Position numbers and translations under genes: made by a program. From an uncultured Trueperaceae bacterium (lineage in GTDB: Bacteria; Deinococcota; Deinococci; Deinococcales; Trueperaceae), in the NCBI GenBank assembly GCA_963727505.1, contig CAVSGP010000004.1, forward strand, positions 512,001-576,000: a stretch of 64,000 nucleotides of DNA, read 5' to 3'. Shown here piece after piece: positions 28,589 through 39,435 of this stretch. Each line of letters starts with the position of its first letter. Within the stretch, counting starts at the first letter, position 1. The notes below the pieces were generated by a model. It was not told where the DNA came from, made no database searches, and saw only the letters and a program-made list of their open reading frames with translations.

Positions 28589-31519
28589 GTGCGGCGCGCC
28601 CTGCTCCTCGGCGCCGTCACCCTGGCGTTGCTGGCGAGCGGGGCCGCCCAGGCCGTGCGCATCACGATCGATACCGGCGGCGACCCGAGCAGCCGCCTGG
28701 AGATCCGGACCCTCACGCTCCCGGATGGCACAGAGGCTCAGCTCTACGTCCTGGAGGGGCACCAGGTCCACGTCTCCATCGGCAACAACGAGCTGGTGGC
28801 CGACCACGTCGAGTTCGATCTGACCAACCGCATCGTGCGTGTGGTGGGTTACGGAAGCTACACCACCAACGGTGAGACGGTGGCGGGCAAGGACCTCGTC
28901 ATCGACCTGGCGGGCGAAAGCTTCCAGGCAAGGGATGTCATCATCAGCACCTCCGCCCTCGACGTGAAGGGGGACAGCGCCAGCCGGGTACCGGGCCAGA
29001 TCAGCCTCCTCAGTGGCCACTTCAGCCCCTGCTCCCGCTGCGACCAGACCGTCGAGGACTACGGCTTCGACGCCTCCCGCATCGAGCTCTATCCGGGTGA
29101 TCGTCTGGTGGCGTACGGCGTCACCGTGCTGCTGCGCGATCGCCCACTGTTCAAGCTCCCCCTGCTGGTGCTGCCGCTCGCGCCGCCGAACCGCCAGCCG
29201 CTGTTGTCGATCACCGCCGGCACCGCCACGACGCGGGCCGAGGTCGCCCTGCGCTGGCCCTACGTCTCCGGGCCGAACGGCTTCGGCAACGTCTACCTGC
29301 ACTATTACGCCGACGTCCTCCCGGGCGCCGGAAGCTGGCTGGAGAACAACCTGCTGGGCGGGCAGGTGGAGACGGCGTACCTCGGCGGCGGCTTCGATCA
29401 CCGTTTCTACACCGACCGTGGCAAGGGCGAGTTCAAGGTGGAGTACACCCCCTTCACGCTCGATCGCAACTCCGACGGCACCGTGCCGACGGGCGCGAAG
29501 GGCGCGAGCACACTGCAATTCGACCTGCACTACGCCACCGAGTCGTCCCTGGGACCACCGGCGGTGTCGTTCAGCCTCAAGCGCGACGACACCGTGCGGA
29601 ACCGCATCTGGGAGTTCGGCTGGTCGACCACCGAACAGAGCGCCGGACTCGAGGGAACCTTCAGCTCGCAGGGATTCCTCGACCTGCAGCCCGGCGACGA
29701 CGTGAGCACCCCCAGCTACGCCAGCCGCACCACGCCCCTGTGGACCGTGGCACGACTGCAGGTGAAGCCCACCGACCTCAAGGACTACACGTTCGGCCCC
29801 TTCCAGGTACAGAGCGCGCTCGTGGATCTGGGCGCCTTCCGCGACAACAGCAACCTCAGCAACCGCAGCGCAGCCGCCACCCCCACCGTGACCTCGGCCC
29901 GCGCGCTCGACAACTACGCGCTGGTGCTGAATCCGGCCTCGCCGTGGGCCGGCATGACGGTGTCCGGCAAGAGCGTGTTCACCGGCAAGTACTACGGCAC
30001 CGGTGAGCGGCTCATCGATTGGAACTCCGACATCACGGCGAAGCAGACCGTGGCCGACGCGGGCTCGCTGTCGCTGACGTTGCTGCGTGATACGGCCCAG
30101 GGCGAGACCCCGTTCGCGTTCGATCAGATCCCGCTGAGGACCCGCACGGAGTCGAACGCGACGCTCCTCCTCGACCCGCTGGCGTGGGCCAGCCTCGAGG
30201 TGAAGGGCGGCTACGTCTTCGTCGACAGTCGCGACCAGCAGAACCTGGGAGTGCAGCCGATCGATTCCACCCTGAGCCTGTTCAGGAACACCGACTGGAT
30301 CAACCTCAGCGTCAGCAACAGCTACGACGTGAAGAACCAGGATCCCGGAACGATCGACACCAAGCTCGACCTGACCTCGCAGGGCGACCTGAAGGCGTCG
30401 CTGAACCTCGAACACGTCGAGGATCTCAAGGCCACCCCCGACCGGCTCAGCGGCATCGTGACGGACCAGACCCACTCGCTGGCGAAGGCCAGCCTGGCCT
30501 ACGCCGGCGTGGTAGAGCTGTCGATCAGCGGCGGCTACAACTACGCTCCACCGCCTCCGCCGGCGGGAGGGCCGTCACAGGCGTGGGATCCGCTCGATCT
30601 CTCCCTCACCCTGGGAACGCTCCAACAGGGCGACGCGACACCCGGCGTCAAACTCACCTACGAGCGCGACCTCAATGCCGGCAAGGTCACCGCCCTGCAG
30701 GTCGACGCCGCCGCCGCAGCCGGTCCCTTGCAGTTCAGCGCCTCGGAGCGGCTGGCGTTTCCCGCAGGCACCGTGGCGTCGAGCTCGTTGCGTCTGGCCT
30801 GGCCAGGGATCGCCGCGCTCGAGGCCGATGGACTGGCGTGGCTCGAGCCCGGCTGGCTGGGCTTCCCGGGCGATCCCACCGTCAGCCGCGGGCTGTCGTT
30901 CCGGGTCGAGGACGCCCCCGGCGCCGGCTCCCCGATCTGGCAGGTGCGCTACGACACCCTCTTCGATCCCACCCTGAACGGAGGCGCAGGCGGCTACCGC
31001 AACACCGACCTGACCACACGCGCCGTACTGACCGACCGCCAGGTCGGCCCCGCCAACTTCAGCGTGGACCTCTTCTCCGACATGCCGCTGCGCGACGACC
31101 TGCAGCCCATCTCCTACCTGCGCCGCGCCAGCCTCACGTTCGGAATCGATCTCTACCAGACGGTCGGCTTGCAGGGGTCGCTGGGCTACAACGGCGCCTA
31201 TTCCAGCGCCACGCAGTCCGTGACGAGCGAAGTGCTCACCCTCGGTGACGTCGCTCTCATCGTGCGCCCCCTCAAGGAACTCTATGTTGGAGCAGTGCTG
31301 AACGACACCTGGGACTTCTCGGGCAACGATCCCAACCACCCGGCATTCAATCTGCAGCCGACCTTCGTGGCGGCCTGGAACCGCTGCTGCTGGGCGCTGT
31401 ACAGTTCCTGGGACAGCGCCACCGGTCGCTTCAAGATCGCGCTCACCACACCGGGCGCGCAGAAGGGATTGCTGCAGATGTTCGATACCGGCCTCACCCT
31501 GCCGGGAGCGAAACCGTGA
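28589..31519 (+). CDS. LptD-like outer-membrane protein
   Basis: Signal peptide, OstA-like N-terminus with FSPCSRC, beta-strand-rich body, RCCW near C-terminus; operon with lptF/G. Confidence 0.7.
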   Translation: MRRALLLGAVTLALLASGAAQAVRITIDTGGDPSSRLEIRTLTLPDGTEAQLYVLEGHQVHVSIGNNELVADHVEFDLTNRIVRVVGYGSYTTNGETVAGKDLVIDLAGESFQARDVIISTSALDVKGDSASRVPGQISLLSGHFSPCSRCDQTVEDYGFDASRIELYPGDRLVAYGVTVLLRDRPLFKLPLLVLPLAPPNRQPLLSITAGTATTRAEVALRWPYVSGPNGFGNVYLHYYADVLPGAGSWLENNLLGGQVETAYLGGGFDHRFYTDRGKGEFKVEYTPFTLDRNSDGTVPTGAKGASTLQFDLHYATESSLGPPAVSFSLKRDDTVRNRIWEFGWSTTEQSAGLEGTFSSQGFLDLQPGDDVSTPSYASRTTPLWTVARLQVKPTDLKDYTFGPFQVQSALVDLGAFRDNSNLSNRSAAATPTVTSARALDNYALVLNPASPWAGMTVSGKSVFTGKYYGTGERLIDWNSDITAKQTVADAGSLSLTLLRDTAQGETPFAFDQIPLRTRTESNATLLLDPLAWASLEVKGGYVFVDSRDQQNLGVQPIDSTLSLFRNTDWINLSVSNSYDVKNQDPGTIDTKLDLTSQGDLKASLNLEHVEDLKATPDRLSGIVTDQTHSLAKASLAYAGVVELSISGGYNYAPPPPPAGGPSQAWDPLDLSLTLGTLQQGDATPGVKLTYERDLNAGKVTALQVDAAAAAGPLQFSASERLAFPAGTVASSSLRLAWPGIAALEADGLAWLEPGWLGFPGDPTVSRGLSFRVEDAPGAGSPIWQVRYDTLFDPTLNGGAGGYRNTDLTTRAVLTDRQVGPANFSVDLFSDMPLRDDLQPISYLRRASLTFGIDLYQTVGLQGSLGYNGAYSSATQSVTSEVLTLGDVALIVRPLKELYVGAVLNDTWDFSGNDPNHPAFNLQPTFVAAWNRCCWALYSSWDSATGRFKIALTTPGAQKGLLQMFDTGLTLPGAKP

Positions 31520-32790
31520 GGCGGCTGCGCACGCTGGCGCCGCTGCTGCTCTTGCTGGTGGGGGTCGTGGCGGGATGCACCGGCACGAGTGAGAACGTGC
31601 CGCCCCTGCTGCTGGCGGTGGGCCGGCAGGATCCAACGAACCCGTCGGCCTCCCAGATGGTGCTGGTGGAGGACAACTTCACGACCAACCAGGCCACGCT
31701 CAGAACGCTGACCGTCGTCCCGGGCAGCGCCCGGCCCCTGCCCTACCCGGCAGTGGCGTCCGACGTGGTCGACCGCGCTGGGGCGCGATCGAGCATGGTG
31801 GTGCTGACGCGCGACCTGTCTGGAGGGACCTCCCCGAGCTCGGCGCTGGCGACCTTCAACCTGGTCGGCATCGATCCGGCTGCGCCCACGGCCTTCGCCC
31901 AGCAGTCGACGACGGCGCTCAGCGGCGCCGCGGGGGATGCGTTGCAGTCCTACGCCCCGGTCTGCCCGACCGGCGTGACGGTGTCGGCGACGGGACGCTA
32001 CGTGACGATCCTGGACGATCCTGCCGCATGCAACGACACCGCGCGTTACCCCCAACTGTTCCAACTCGACACGCAGACAGGCAACGTGCAACCGGTGGTC
32101 CTCAACAGCGGGGTGCAGGTCACGCAGCCGACCGTCCCCGTCGACGACCAGATCACCCCCGACGAGACGCTCTACTTCCTGGTGCCGGGAACCAACAACG
32201 CCCAGGTCTGGGCCGACCCGGTGCCGCACGACACCAGCCTCGAGAAGCAGGTGGCCAGCCTGCCAAGCCAGGACCAGACCGCGCTCGCGACCAACGGCAC
32301 GGATCTGGTGGCCGTCACCAATCCCTATCCCTACACGTCGGGGAGTTACGTGCAGTCGTTCGTGCAGACCGTCACGCCCGGACTGCTGACGCCTACCGGT
32401 ACCCAGATCGACACGATCTACGGGGCGAATGCGCTGGCCATCGATCCGTCGGACGCGACTTCCCAGGTGGTGGTGGCCGGTCACAGCTCGACAGGGTACG
32501 GGCAGATCGCCGTGCACCCCGATCCGAGCACCAAGCCCACGGCGACCACGCTCGACTATGCGGGCTACAGCGGGACGGCCGCAGCCATCGACCCGGTGAA
32601 CCGCTTCGCCTACGTCGTCGACAACGAGCGCATCGTCGTGCTCGACCTGCTCAGCATCGCCAGCCAGCCTAACGGTTGGTACAAGGCGTTCGACTTCTCG
32701 AGCACATCGGATCTCGCGCTGCCCCAGGACGCCACCGGACGCTACGCGACGGCGCTGGCGTGGACGCGCGCCAAGCCGACGACACCCTGA
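31516..32790 (+). CDS. Lipoprotein, possible beta-propeller
   Basis: Lipobox VVAG|C; AIDP repeats; overlaps LptD-like stop. Confidence 0.65.
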   Translation: MRRLRTLAPLLLLLVGVVAGCTGTSENVPPLLLAVGRQDPTNPSASQMVLVEDNFTTNQATLRTLTVVPGSARPLPYPAVASDVVDRAGARSSMVVLTRDLSGGTSPSSALATFNLVGIDPAAPTAFAQQSTTALSGAAGDALQSYAPVCPTGVTVSATGRYVTILDDPAACNDTARYPQLFQLDTQTGNVQPVVLNSGVQVTQPTVPVDDQITPDETLYFLVPGTNNAQVWADPVPHDTSLEKQVASLPSQDQTALATNGTDLVAVTNPYPYTSGSYVQSFVQTVTPGLLTPTGTQIDTIYGANALAIDPSDATSQVVVAGHSSTGYGQIAVHPDPSTKPTATTLDYAGYSGTAAAIDPVNRFAYVVDNERIVVLDLLSIASQPNGWYKAFDFSSTSDLALPQDATGRYATALAWTRAKPTTP

Positions 32791-32817
32791 CCGCCGGGCC
32801 CGCCCGGCCAGGCAGCG

Positions 32818-33819
32818 TCAGGCGGGCAACTCCACCTCACCCAGCCCCGCGATCCCGCTCCGGATGTGTTCGACCAGACGGCCCTCGACTGCTCTGTGGG
32901 CGGTGCGCAACGCGCTCGCCACCGCCCGTGCGTCGGCGCTGCCATGTCCGATGAAGGCGTGCCCATCGACGCCGAGGAGCGGTTGCGCACCGTACTCCGC
33001 CGGGTCGAGGCGAGCGGCGACGGCCCGCAGGCTCGGCCGCACCAGCATGCCCCCGATGCGGCTGCGCAGGTCGCTTCGCAGGGCGTCGCGTACCCAGGAG
33101 AACAACTCCCTCGCCTCGCCCTCCGCCAGCTTGAGGATCACATTGCCGGTGAAGCCGTCGGTGACGACCACGTCGGTGAGACCGCGGAAGAGGTCGCGCC
33201 CTTCCACGTTGCCGTAGAAACGCACGCCGCGGGTCTCCTTGAGCAGCGCATGGGCCCGCAGGACCAGCTCGTTCCCCTTCTCGGGCTCCTCCCCGATCGA
33301 CATCAAGCCGACGCTGGGCGATGCCACGCCCCACATGGTCCGCACGAAGATCGAGCCCATCAGCGCGAACTGCTGCAGGTGGGAGGGGCGGCACTCGGCG
33401 TTGGCGCCGACATCGATGAGCGCTACGAAGCCATCCTTGACGGGGACGTTCGCGAGGATGCCGGGACGTTCGACACCGCGCAGCCGACCCAGCACGAACA
33501 GCGCGGCCGCCATCGTGGCGCCGGAGTGGCCCATCGACACGGCCGCCGAGGCCTCACCGTCCTTCACCATCTGCATCGTGACCATCACGCTGCTGTCGCG
33601 CCTGCGGCGCACGTCGGCGGCATGCTCTCGCATGGCGATGACGTCGTCGGCGTGGCTCACGGGCAGGGAGGCTCCCCGCTGGTTCAGACCTGCGCGCAGG
33701 CGATCCTCGTCCCCCACGAGAACGACCGGCACGCCCTCCGCCGCGGCGGCGAGCGCGCCGTCGAGCGCCGCGTCGGGCATCCGGTCGCCCCCCATGGCAT
33801 CGAGCGCGATCGGTTCCAT
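32818..33819 (-). CDS. plsX: Phosphate acyltransferase PlsX
   Basis: IALDAMGGD, DVGANAE, IGEEPEKG, TDGFTGN. Confidence 0.95.
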   Translation of the reverse strand: MEPIALDAMGGDRMPDAALDGALAAAAEGVPVVLVGDEDRLRAGLNQRGASLPVSHADDVIAMREHAADVRRRRDSSVMVTMQMVKDGEASAAVSMGHSGATMAAALFVLGRLRGVERPGILANVPVKDGFVALIDVGANAECRPSHLQQFALMGSIFVRTMWGVASPSVGLMSIGEEPEKGNELVLRAHALLKETRGVRFYGNVEGRDLFRGLTDVVVTDGFTGNVILKLAEGEARELFSWVRDALRSDLRSRIGGMLVRPSLRAVAARLDPAEYGAQPLLGVDGHAFIGHGSADARAVASALRTAHRAVEGRLVEHIRSGIAGLGEVELPA

Positions 33820-33877
33820 ATCGGGGCAGTATAGCGCCGCTGCCGCGAGCTCCCGGCGAGCCGCTAGACTGTCGGAC

Positions 33878-34816
33878 GTGGATGTTCGCTCCTTCGAGGC
33901 TCCCGACGGCGAGCGGCTGGACGTCGCCATCGCCATTGCGCTCGAGCTTTCCCGCACCTACGCCAAGGAGCTGGTCAGCGAAGGCTACGTGACGATCGAC
34001 GGCAGGCCGGTCGGCAAGGCCGCGTACAAACTCGGCGGCCACGAGATCGTCTCGGTGTTGCTGCCGCCGCCCCGCCCCATGCTCGTGGAGCCGGAGGACA
34101 TCGACCTGGACATCATCTACCAGGACGACGATCTAGCCGCCATCGACAAGCCGCCCAACCTGGTGGCCCATCCCACGGCAACGTTGCGCTCGGGTACGGT
34201 GGTGAACGCCCTTCTGGGGCGCATGGACTTGTCGAAGGAGAAGATCTACGATCCCGGTGACGAGGCGTACCGGCCGGGCATCGTGCACCGCCTCGACAAG
34301 GACACATCCGGCGTGATGGTGGTGGCCAAGACCGACGCGGCTCATCGACACCTGGCGGCGTCGTTCAAGAAGCGCCTCACCGAGAAGGAGTACGTGGCCA
34401 TCGCGGTGGGATCGATCGACGACGCCGTCCACCTCGATGCCCCCATCGGTCGCCACCCCGTAAAGCGTCAACAGATGACGGTCGGCGGCGAGACATCGAA
34501 GCACGCTGTGACTGCCTTTCGCGTCATCGCCCGGATCCCCGGCTACGTGCTGGTGAAGGCCAAGCCGCACTCGGGACGCACCCACCAGATTCGGGTGCAC
34601 CTCGCCCACTTGGGGGCTCCGGTCCTCGCGGACACGGTCTACGGCCGCGAGTCCGAGGTGATCGATCGCCAGGCGTTGCACGCCTACCGGCTCACCCTGC
34701 CCCACCCGCGAGACAACCAGGCCATCACCTTCATCGCGCAGGTGCCCGTCGACATGGTCAATGCCTGGCTACGCCTGGGGGGCTCCTGGCCTCCCAGCGA
34801 GGACGAAGCACTCTAG
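33878..34816 (+). CDS. RluA/RluD family pseudouridine synthase
   Basis: S4-like N-terminus, GIVHRLDKDTSG, GRTHQIRVH, RQALHA. Confidence 0.92.
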   Translation: MDVRSFEAPDGERLDVAIAIALELSRTYAKELVSEGYVTIDGRPVGKAAYKLGGHEIVSVLLPPPRPMLVEPEDIDLDIIYQDDDLAAIDKPPNLVAHPTATLRSGTVVNALLGRMDLSKEKIYDPGDEAYRPGIVHRLDKDTSGVMVVAKTDAAHRHLAASFKKRLTEKEYVAIAVGSIDDAVHLDAPIGRHPVKRQQMTVGGETSKHAVTAFRVIARIPGYVLVKAKPHSGRTHQIRVHLAHLGAPVLADTVYGRESEVIDRQALHAYRLTLPHPRDNQAITFIAQVPVDMVNAWLRLGGSWPPSEDEAL

Positions 34817-34832
34817 CGCCGATGGGCCCGCC

Positions 34833-35486
34833 ATGAGCCCGCTCTGGCTGCTCGTTTACGGTTCCCTGCTGCTGGCCGTCGTGCTGGCCCTGTCGGCGCT
34901 GACCGGTATGAAGCGCTACCGGCGGCTGGGCAGCGCGCTGCAACTCCTGATGTCGCTGCTGCTGCTGGCGCTCGCGGGCCTGGCGCTCGTCATCGCCGTG
35001 GGCGTGCACGGCTACCGGGCGCTGACCCAGGAGGTCACCGCTGCCACGGTGGACGTCGAGCAACTTGCGCCCCAGACCTACCGGGCGCGCGTGAGCTTCG
35101 CTGGCGGCGGCGAGCGGACCTACGATCTCAAGGGGGACGAGCTCTACGTCGACGCCCACATCCTCAAGTGGAAGCCGGTGGCCACCCTGCTGGGGTTGCA
35201 CACCGGCTACCGGCTCGATCGCATCGCCGGCCGCTACGCCAGCATCGAGGACGAGCGCTCGAAGGCGCACAGCGTGTACGTCCTGCAACCGGGAGGGCGC
35301 GTCGACGTCTTCGACCTGGCGCGTCGCTACCCGGTGCTCGCCCCCCTTGTCGACGCTCGCTACGGCAGCGGAACGTTCGTGCGGCTCGGGTCGGGTGGAC
35401 GTTTCGCCATCCGCGTCTCGACGACCGGGCTGCTGGTCCGCCCAGTCGGAGCGCCGTCCGGGCCCAACGACACGCACGCTCGGTAG
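34833..35486 (+). CDS. Hypothetical membrane protein
   Basis: Two N-terminal TM helices; GYRALT, ILKWK, YRLDRIAGRY, VDARYGSG. Confidence 0.7.
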   Translation: MSPLWLLVYGSLLLAVVLALSALTGMKRYRRLGSALQLLMSLLLLALAGLALVIAVGVHGYRALTQEVTAATVDVEQLAPQTYRARVSFAGGGERTYDLKGDELYVDAHILKWKPVATLLGLHTGYRLDRIAGRYASIEDERSKAHSVYVLQPGGRVDVFDLARRYPVLAPLVDARYGSGTFVRLGSGGRFAIRVSTTGLLVRPVGAPSGPNDTHAR

Positions 35487-35524
35487 ACTGTCCCGCAACG
35501 TCACGATGAAGGGACGGTGACCCC

Positions 35525-37348
35525 ATGTCCCAGGCGGACCTTCCCGCATGGCAACTTGACAGCATCTACCCCGGCCTCGACAGCCAGGCCTACCGAGACG
35601 ACCGCGACGCCCTCGTGAAGGGTATCGACGAGCTCGAGGCGTTCCTGGACGAGCACCGGATCCGCGCGCCGGCGAACGGTGGCGACGCGGACCCCCCGGT
35701 GGGCACGCTCGAGGCGCTCGTCGGGCGACTCAACGACCTGTACGAGGCCTTCGCCACCCTGGGATCGTTCCTCGGCAACGCCCTCTCCGTCGACGCCTCC
35801 GACGACCGTGTGCGGGCCGAGCTCACCGCGCTCGATCCGGCGGAAGCGAAGCTCGGCGCCCTCGTGGCCCGCGTCACCGGCTGGGTCGGTGGACTCGACC
35901 TCGATGCCGCGGGCGAGAGCTCCGCCCTGGTGCGCGACCACGCCCACGTGCTGAAGCGCATCCAGGCGGACGCGCTGCACCTGATGGGTGAGGAGGCCGA
36001 GGCCCTGGCCGCCGCGCTCGACGCCAGCGGCGCGAGCGCCTGGGAACGGCTGCACTCCGACCTCGTGAGCCGCCGCTCCCTGACCGTGCGCCTGCCCGAC
36101 GACGACGAGGCGAAGCCCTACGGCGTCGCCGAGCTCTACGTGCGGCTCGCCGACGAGCGCGACGACGTGCGGGCGGCGGCCTTCGCAGCGCAGACCGAGC
36201 TCCTCGAACGGGACGCGGTGCCCTTCGCGGCCGCGCTCAACGGGGTCAAGGGCCAAACCCAGGAGCTGGCACGCCGGCGCGGCTGGCCTTCGGTGCTGGC
36301 GTCCACGCTGTTCGACAACGCCATCGACGCCGCCAGCCTTGAAGCGATGCGCACCGCCACGGCCGAGGCCGCGCCGGTGATGCGCCGATACCTCAAGGCG
36401 AAGGCGCACTTCCTGGGCAAGGAGGCGCTCCGCTGGTCCGACCTGCAGGCCCCGGTCTCGATCGGAGAGCCGCAGCGCTTCGACTGGGAGCAAGCCAAGA
36501 CGTTCGTGATCGAGCGCTTCGGGCGCTACTCGCAACGCCTGGCCACCTTCGCCGAGCGTGCCTTCCGGGAGGGCTGGGTCGACGTCCCGCCGCGACCCGG
36601 AAAACGCAACGGCGCGTTCTGCAGCTCGGTGCTCGGGCGCCGGGAATCGCGCGTCATGCTCAACTTCGGCGGCCGCCTGTCCGACGTGTTCACGCTCGCG
36701 CACGAGCTCGGGCACGCCTACCACAACGACTGCCTGTACCGGTACGAACGCACCGCCATGCAGACGCAACTGCCGATGACGTTGGCGGAGACCGCCAGCA
36801 TCTTCTGCGAGACCCTTGTCACCAACGGGCTCCTGGACGAGGCCGACGATGCCATGGAACTCGCGATCCTGGAGCAGGATCTGCGCCAGACGTCGACGCT
36901 CGTGCTCGACGTCGAGGCGCGCTTCCGTTTCGAGTCCGCGGTGTTCGAGGGGCGCGCCAAGCGACCCCTGACCCCGACGGAGCTCGACGAGCTCATGAAT
37001 GGCGCGCAAGGCGAGGTGTACGGCGACGCCCTGGCCTCTGACGGTGGCCACCGGCTGGCCTGGGCCGAGAAGCCGCACTACTACTTCAGCAGCCGCTCGT
37101 TCTACAACTATCCGTACACCTTCGGGTTCCTGTTCGGCCGCGGCCTCTACAGCGCCTACCGGGAGGACCCCGATGGGTTCCTGGAGCGCTACGATGGGCT
37201 CCTCGCCAGTACCGGCATGGCCGACGCGGCCGCGCTGGCCAACGAGTTCGGCATCGACATCCACGACGCCCGCTTCTGGCGCAGTAGCCTGGCTGTAGCG
37301 CGGGAACGCGTAGAACGGTACGAGACCCTCGTAGGAAGGATGGCCTGA
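35525..37348 (+). CDS. pepF: M3B oligoendopeptidase F
   Basis: WQLDSIY, GKRNGAFC, TLAHELGHAYH, AETAS, FYNYPY. Confidence 0.9.
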   Translation: MSQADLPAWQLDSIYPGLDSQAYRDDRDALVKGIDELEAFLDEHRIRAPANGGDADPPVGTLEALVGRLNDLYEAFATLGSFLGNALSVDASDDRVRAELTALDPAEAKLGALVARVTGWVGGLDLDAAGESSALVRDHAHVLKRIQADALHLMGEEAEALAAALDASGASAWERLHSDLVSRRSLTVRLPDDDEAKPYGVAELYVRLADERDDVRAAAFAAQTELLERDAVPFAAALNGVKGQTQELARRRGWPSVLASTLFDNAIDAASLEAMRTATAEAAPVMRRYLKAKAHFLGKEALRWSDLQAPVSIGEPQRFDWEQAKTFVIERFGRYSQRLATFAERAFREGWVDVPPRPGKRNGAFCSSVLGRRESRVMLNFGGRLSDVFTLAHELGHAYHNDCLYRYERTAMQTQLPMTLAETASIFCETLVTNGLLDEADDAMELAILEQDLRQTSTLVLDVEARFRFESAVFEGRAKRPLTPTELDELMNGAQGEVYGDALASDGGHRLAWAEKPHYYFSSRSFYNYPYTFGFLFGRGLYSAYREDPDGFLERYDGLLASTGMADAAALANEFGIDIHDARFWRSSLAVARERVERYETLVGRMA

Positions 37349-38127
37349 TGAACTATCGTGATCTCTTCGATCTCTCGGGCAAGCAGGCCCTCGTCGTGGG
37401 CGCGGGCTCGGGGATCGGCCGGGCGGTGGCCGCGGGACTCTCCGACTTCGGAGCCCAGGTCATCTGCGCCGACGTGCACGCCGAAACGGCGGAAGCCGCG
37501 GCGGCGGAAGTCGAGGGGCGCGGAGGCAAGGCGCGCGCGGTGACCATCGATATCACGCAAGAAGCCCAGGTCCGCGACCTCATCGGCGGCTTGAACGCGC
37601 TCGACGTGCTCGTGAGCACGCCGTCGATCAACGTGCGCAAGCCCCTGCTGGAGGTCTCGGTCGAGGAGTTCCAACGCGTAGTCGACCTCAATCTCAAGGG
37701 AAGCTTCCTGGTGATGCGCGAAGCCGGCAAGCGCATGGCCGCGCAGGGCAAGGGTAGCCTCGTCTTCTTCTCCTCCATCCGCTCGCAGGTCGTCGAGCCC
37801 GGTCAGGGCGTCTACGCGGCGACCAAGGCCGGCACCTTGCAGATGATCCGCGCGCTGGCCGCAGAGCTCGGGCCCAAGGGCGTCCGCGCCAACGCGGTAG
37901 CCCCTGGGGTGGTGGAGACGCCGCTGACCGCCCAGATCAAGAACCAGCCGGAATGGTACCGGGCCTACGCAGAGAAGGGCGCATTGGGCCGGTGGGCGCA
38001 GCCGAGCGAGATGGTCGGCGCGGTGGTGTACCTCGCCAGCGACGCCGCCAGCTTCGTGACGGGCTCGATCCTCTACGTGGACGGCGGCTGGACCGCCGTG
38101 GACGGGCGTTTCACGCCACCTCTGTGA
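37348..38127 (+). CDS. SDR family oxidoreductase
   Basis: GAGSGIG, YAATK, NAVAPG, VDGG. Confidence 0.9.
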   Translation: MNYRDLFDLSGKQALVVGAGSGIGRAVAAGLSDFGAQVICADVHAETAEAAAAEVEGRGGKARAVTIDITQEAQVRDLIGGLNALDVLVSTPSINVRKPLLEVSVEEFQRVVDLNLKGSFLVMREAGKRMAAQGKGSLVFFSSIRSQVVEPGQGVYAATKAGTLQMIRALAAELGPKGVRANAVAPGVVETPLTAQIKNQPEWYRAYAEKGALGRWAQPSEMVGAVVYLASDAASFVTGSILYVDGGWTAVDGRFTPPL

Positions 38128-39392
38128 GCCTGAGTGCGCACGCCCGGCGCGCGGCCGAGGCGGTCGATCCCGACCGCGTGGCCGCCCTGGCGCGCGGTCT
38201 GGTGCGCGTGCGCAGCGTGTTCGAGCCCGAACGGGGTGGCACCGAGGCGGAGGCGGCCGGGTTCGTGGCGGACGCGCTGCGCGAGATCGGGCTCGAGCCC
38301 GTGATCGAGGACGCCGCGCCAGGTCGCCCCAACGTCATCTGCGACTGGTCGGGGAGCGCCTTCGACCCGGCGCTGCACCGCACCCTCATGTTCGAGGGGC
38401 ACACCGACGTGGTCACCGAGGGCGACCCCGGGCAGTGGACGATCCCTCCGTTCGAGGGACGGATCGAGGGTGGCGTGCTCCACGGGCGCGGCAGCGCCGA
38501 CATGAAGGCCGGCGTGGCCGCCGCCATCGCCGCGTTGGAGGCCGTCCGCCGCGTCGCTCCCGACCTACCAGGGCGCATCCGTCTCGGCATCGTCGCCGAC
38601 GAGGAAGGCATGATGCTCGGCATCAAGAGCTTCATCGAGCGGGGCTGGGCCGACGAGGTGAGCGGGGCCATCATCTGCGAGCCCGAGGAGAACGAGATCT
38701 GCCTGTTCCAGAAGGGTGCCATGCGCCTGCACGTGCGGGTGCGCGGCGTGATGAGCCACGGCGCGATGCCGTATGCCGGTGTGAACCCCATCCTTGGGGT
38801 CGCCGACATCATCGCGGGCGCGCGGTCCATCGAACGCGCCGAGCAGGCGCGTCTGGGGGAACACCCCTACCTCGGACGGCCCTGGCTGACGCCGACCATC
38901 GTGACCGCGCCACCCAGCGGCGAAGCGCAGCACAACGTGATGCCCGAAGAGGCCTATCTGGCGCTGGACATCCGCACCGTGCCGGGCCAGGACCACGACA
39001 CCCTGTTGGAACGCATCGTCGCGCTCTGCCGCTCCGTCGAACGCGCGACCGATCGACTGACAGTCGCTGTGGAGTGCTTCGAATCACGCCCCTGGACCGA
39101 GACGCCCGCCGATGACCCGTTGGTCCGGGCGATCGAGACCGCCTACCCCGAGGTGCTCGAGCGGGCACCCCGTTACGGGGGCGTGCCCGGCGCCACCGAT
39201 GGCACCTTCTTGCGGGCCTGGCGCGACGTTCCCATCGTCACCCTCGGGCCGGGTGACCGCACGATCCCCCATCAGGTCAACGAGTTCGTGCGGCTGTCGG
39301 AAGTCGTGACGGCGGCACGGCTTTACGCCGCCACAGCCGTGGAGTACCTTGGACGGGAAACCCCCATCCATCCCGTCTCCGCTGACGGGTAG
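38124..39392 (+). CDS. M20 family metallopeptidase (ArgE/DapE-like)
   Basis: GHTDVV, GRGSADMK, DEE, CEP, GATDG, HQVNE; GTG start inferred. Confidence 0.88.
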   Translation: MSLSAHARRAAEAVDPDRVAALARGLVRVRSVFEPERGGTEAEAAGFVADALREIGLEPVIEDAAPGRPNVICDWSGSAFDPALHRTLMFEGHTDVVTEGDPGQWTIPPFEGRIEGGVLHGRGSADMKAGVAAAIAALEAVRRVAPDLPGRIRLGIVADEEGMMLGIKSFIERGWADEVSGAIICEPEENEICLFQKGAMRLHVRVRGVMSHGAMPYAGVNPILGVADIIAGARSIERAEQARLGEHPYLGRPWLTPTIVTAPPSGEAQHNVMPEEAYLALDIRTVPGQDHDTLLERIVALCRSVERATDRLTVAVECFESRPWTETPADDPLVRAIETAYPEVLERAPRYGGVPGATDGTFLRAWRDVPIVTLGPGDRTIPHQVNEFVRLSEVVTAARLYAATAVEYLGRETPIHPVSADG

Positions 39393-39435
39393 GCCGCGCC
39401 GGACCGGGGCCGGTGATCCTCGAAGGAGGAACGAC

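Noticed and set aside
25260..37375. Partial GAAGAGAT/ATCTCTTC matches inside coding regions (near 25272 and 37361)
   Set aside because: Short, explained by Asp-Leu-Phe codons, and lacking the accompanying GGGAG loops
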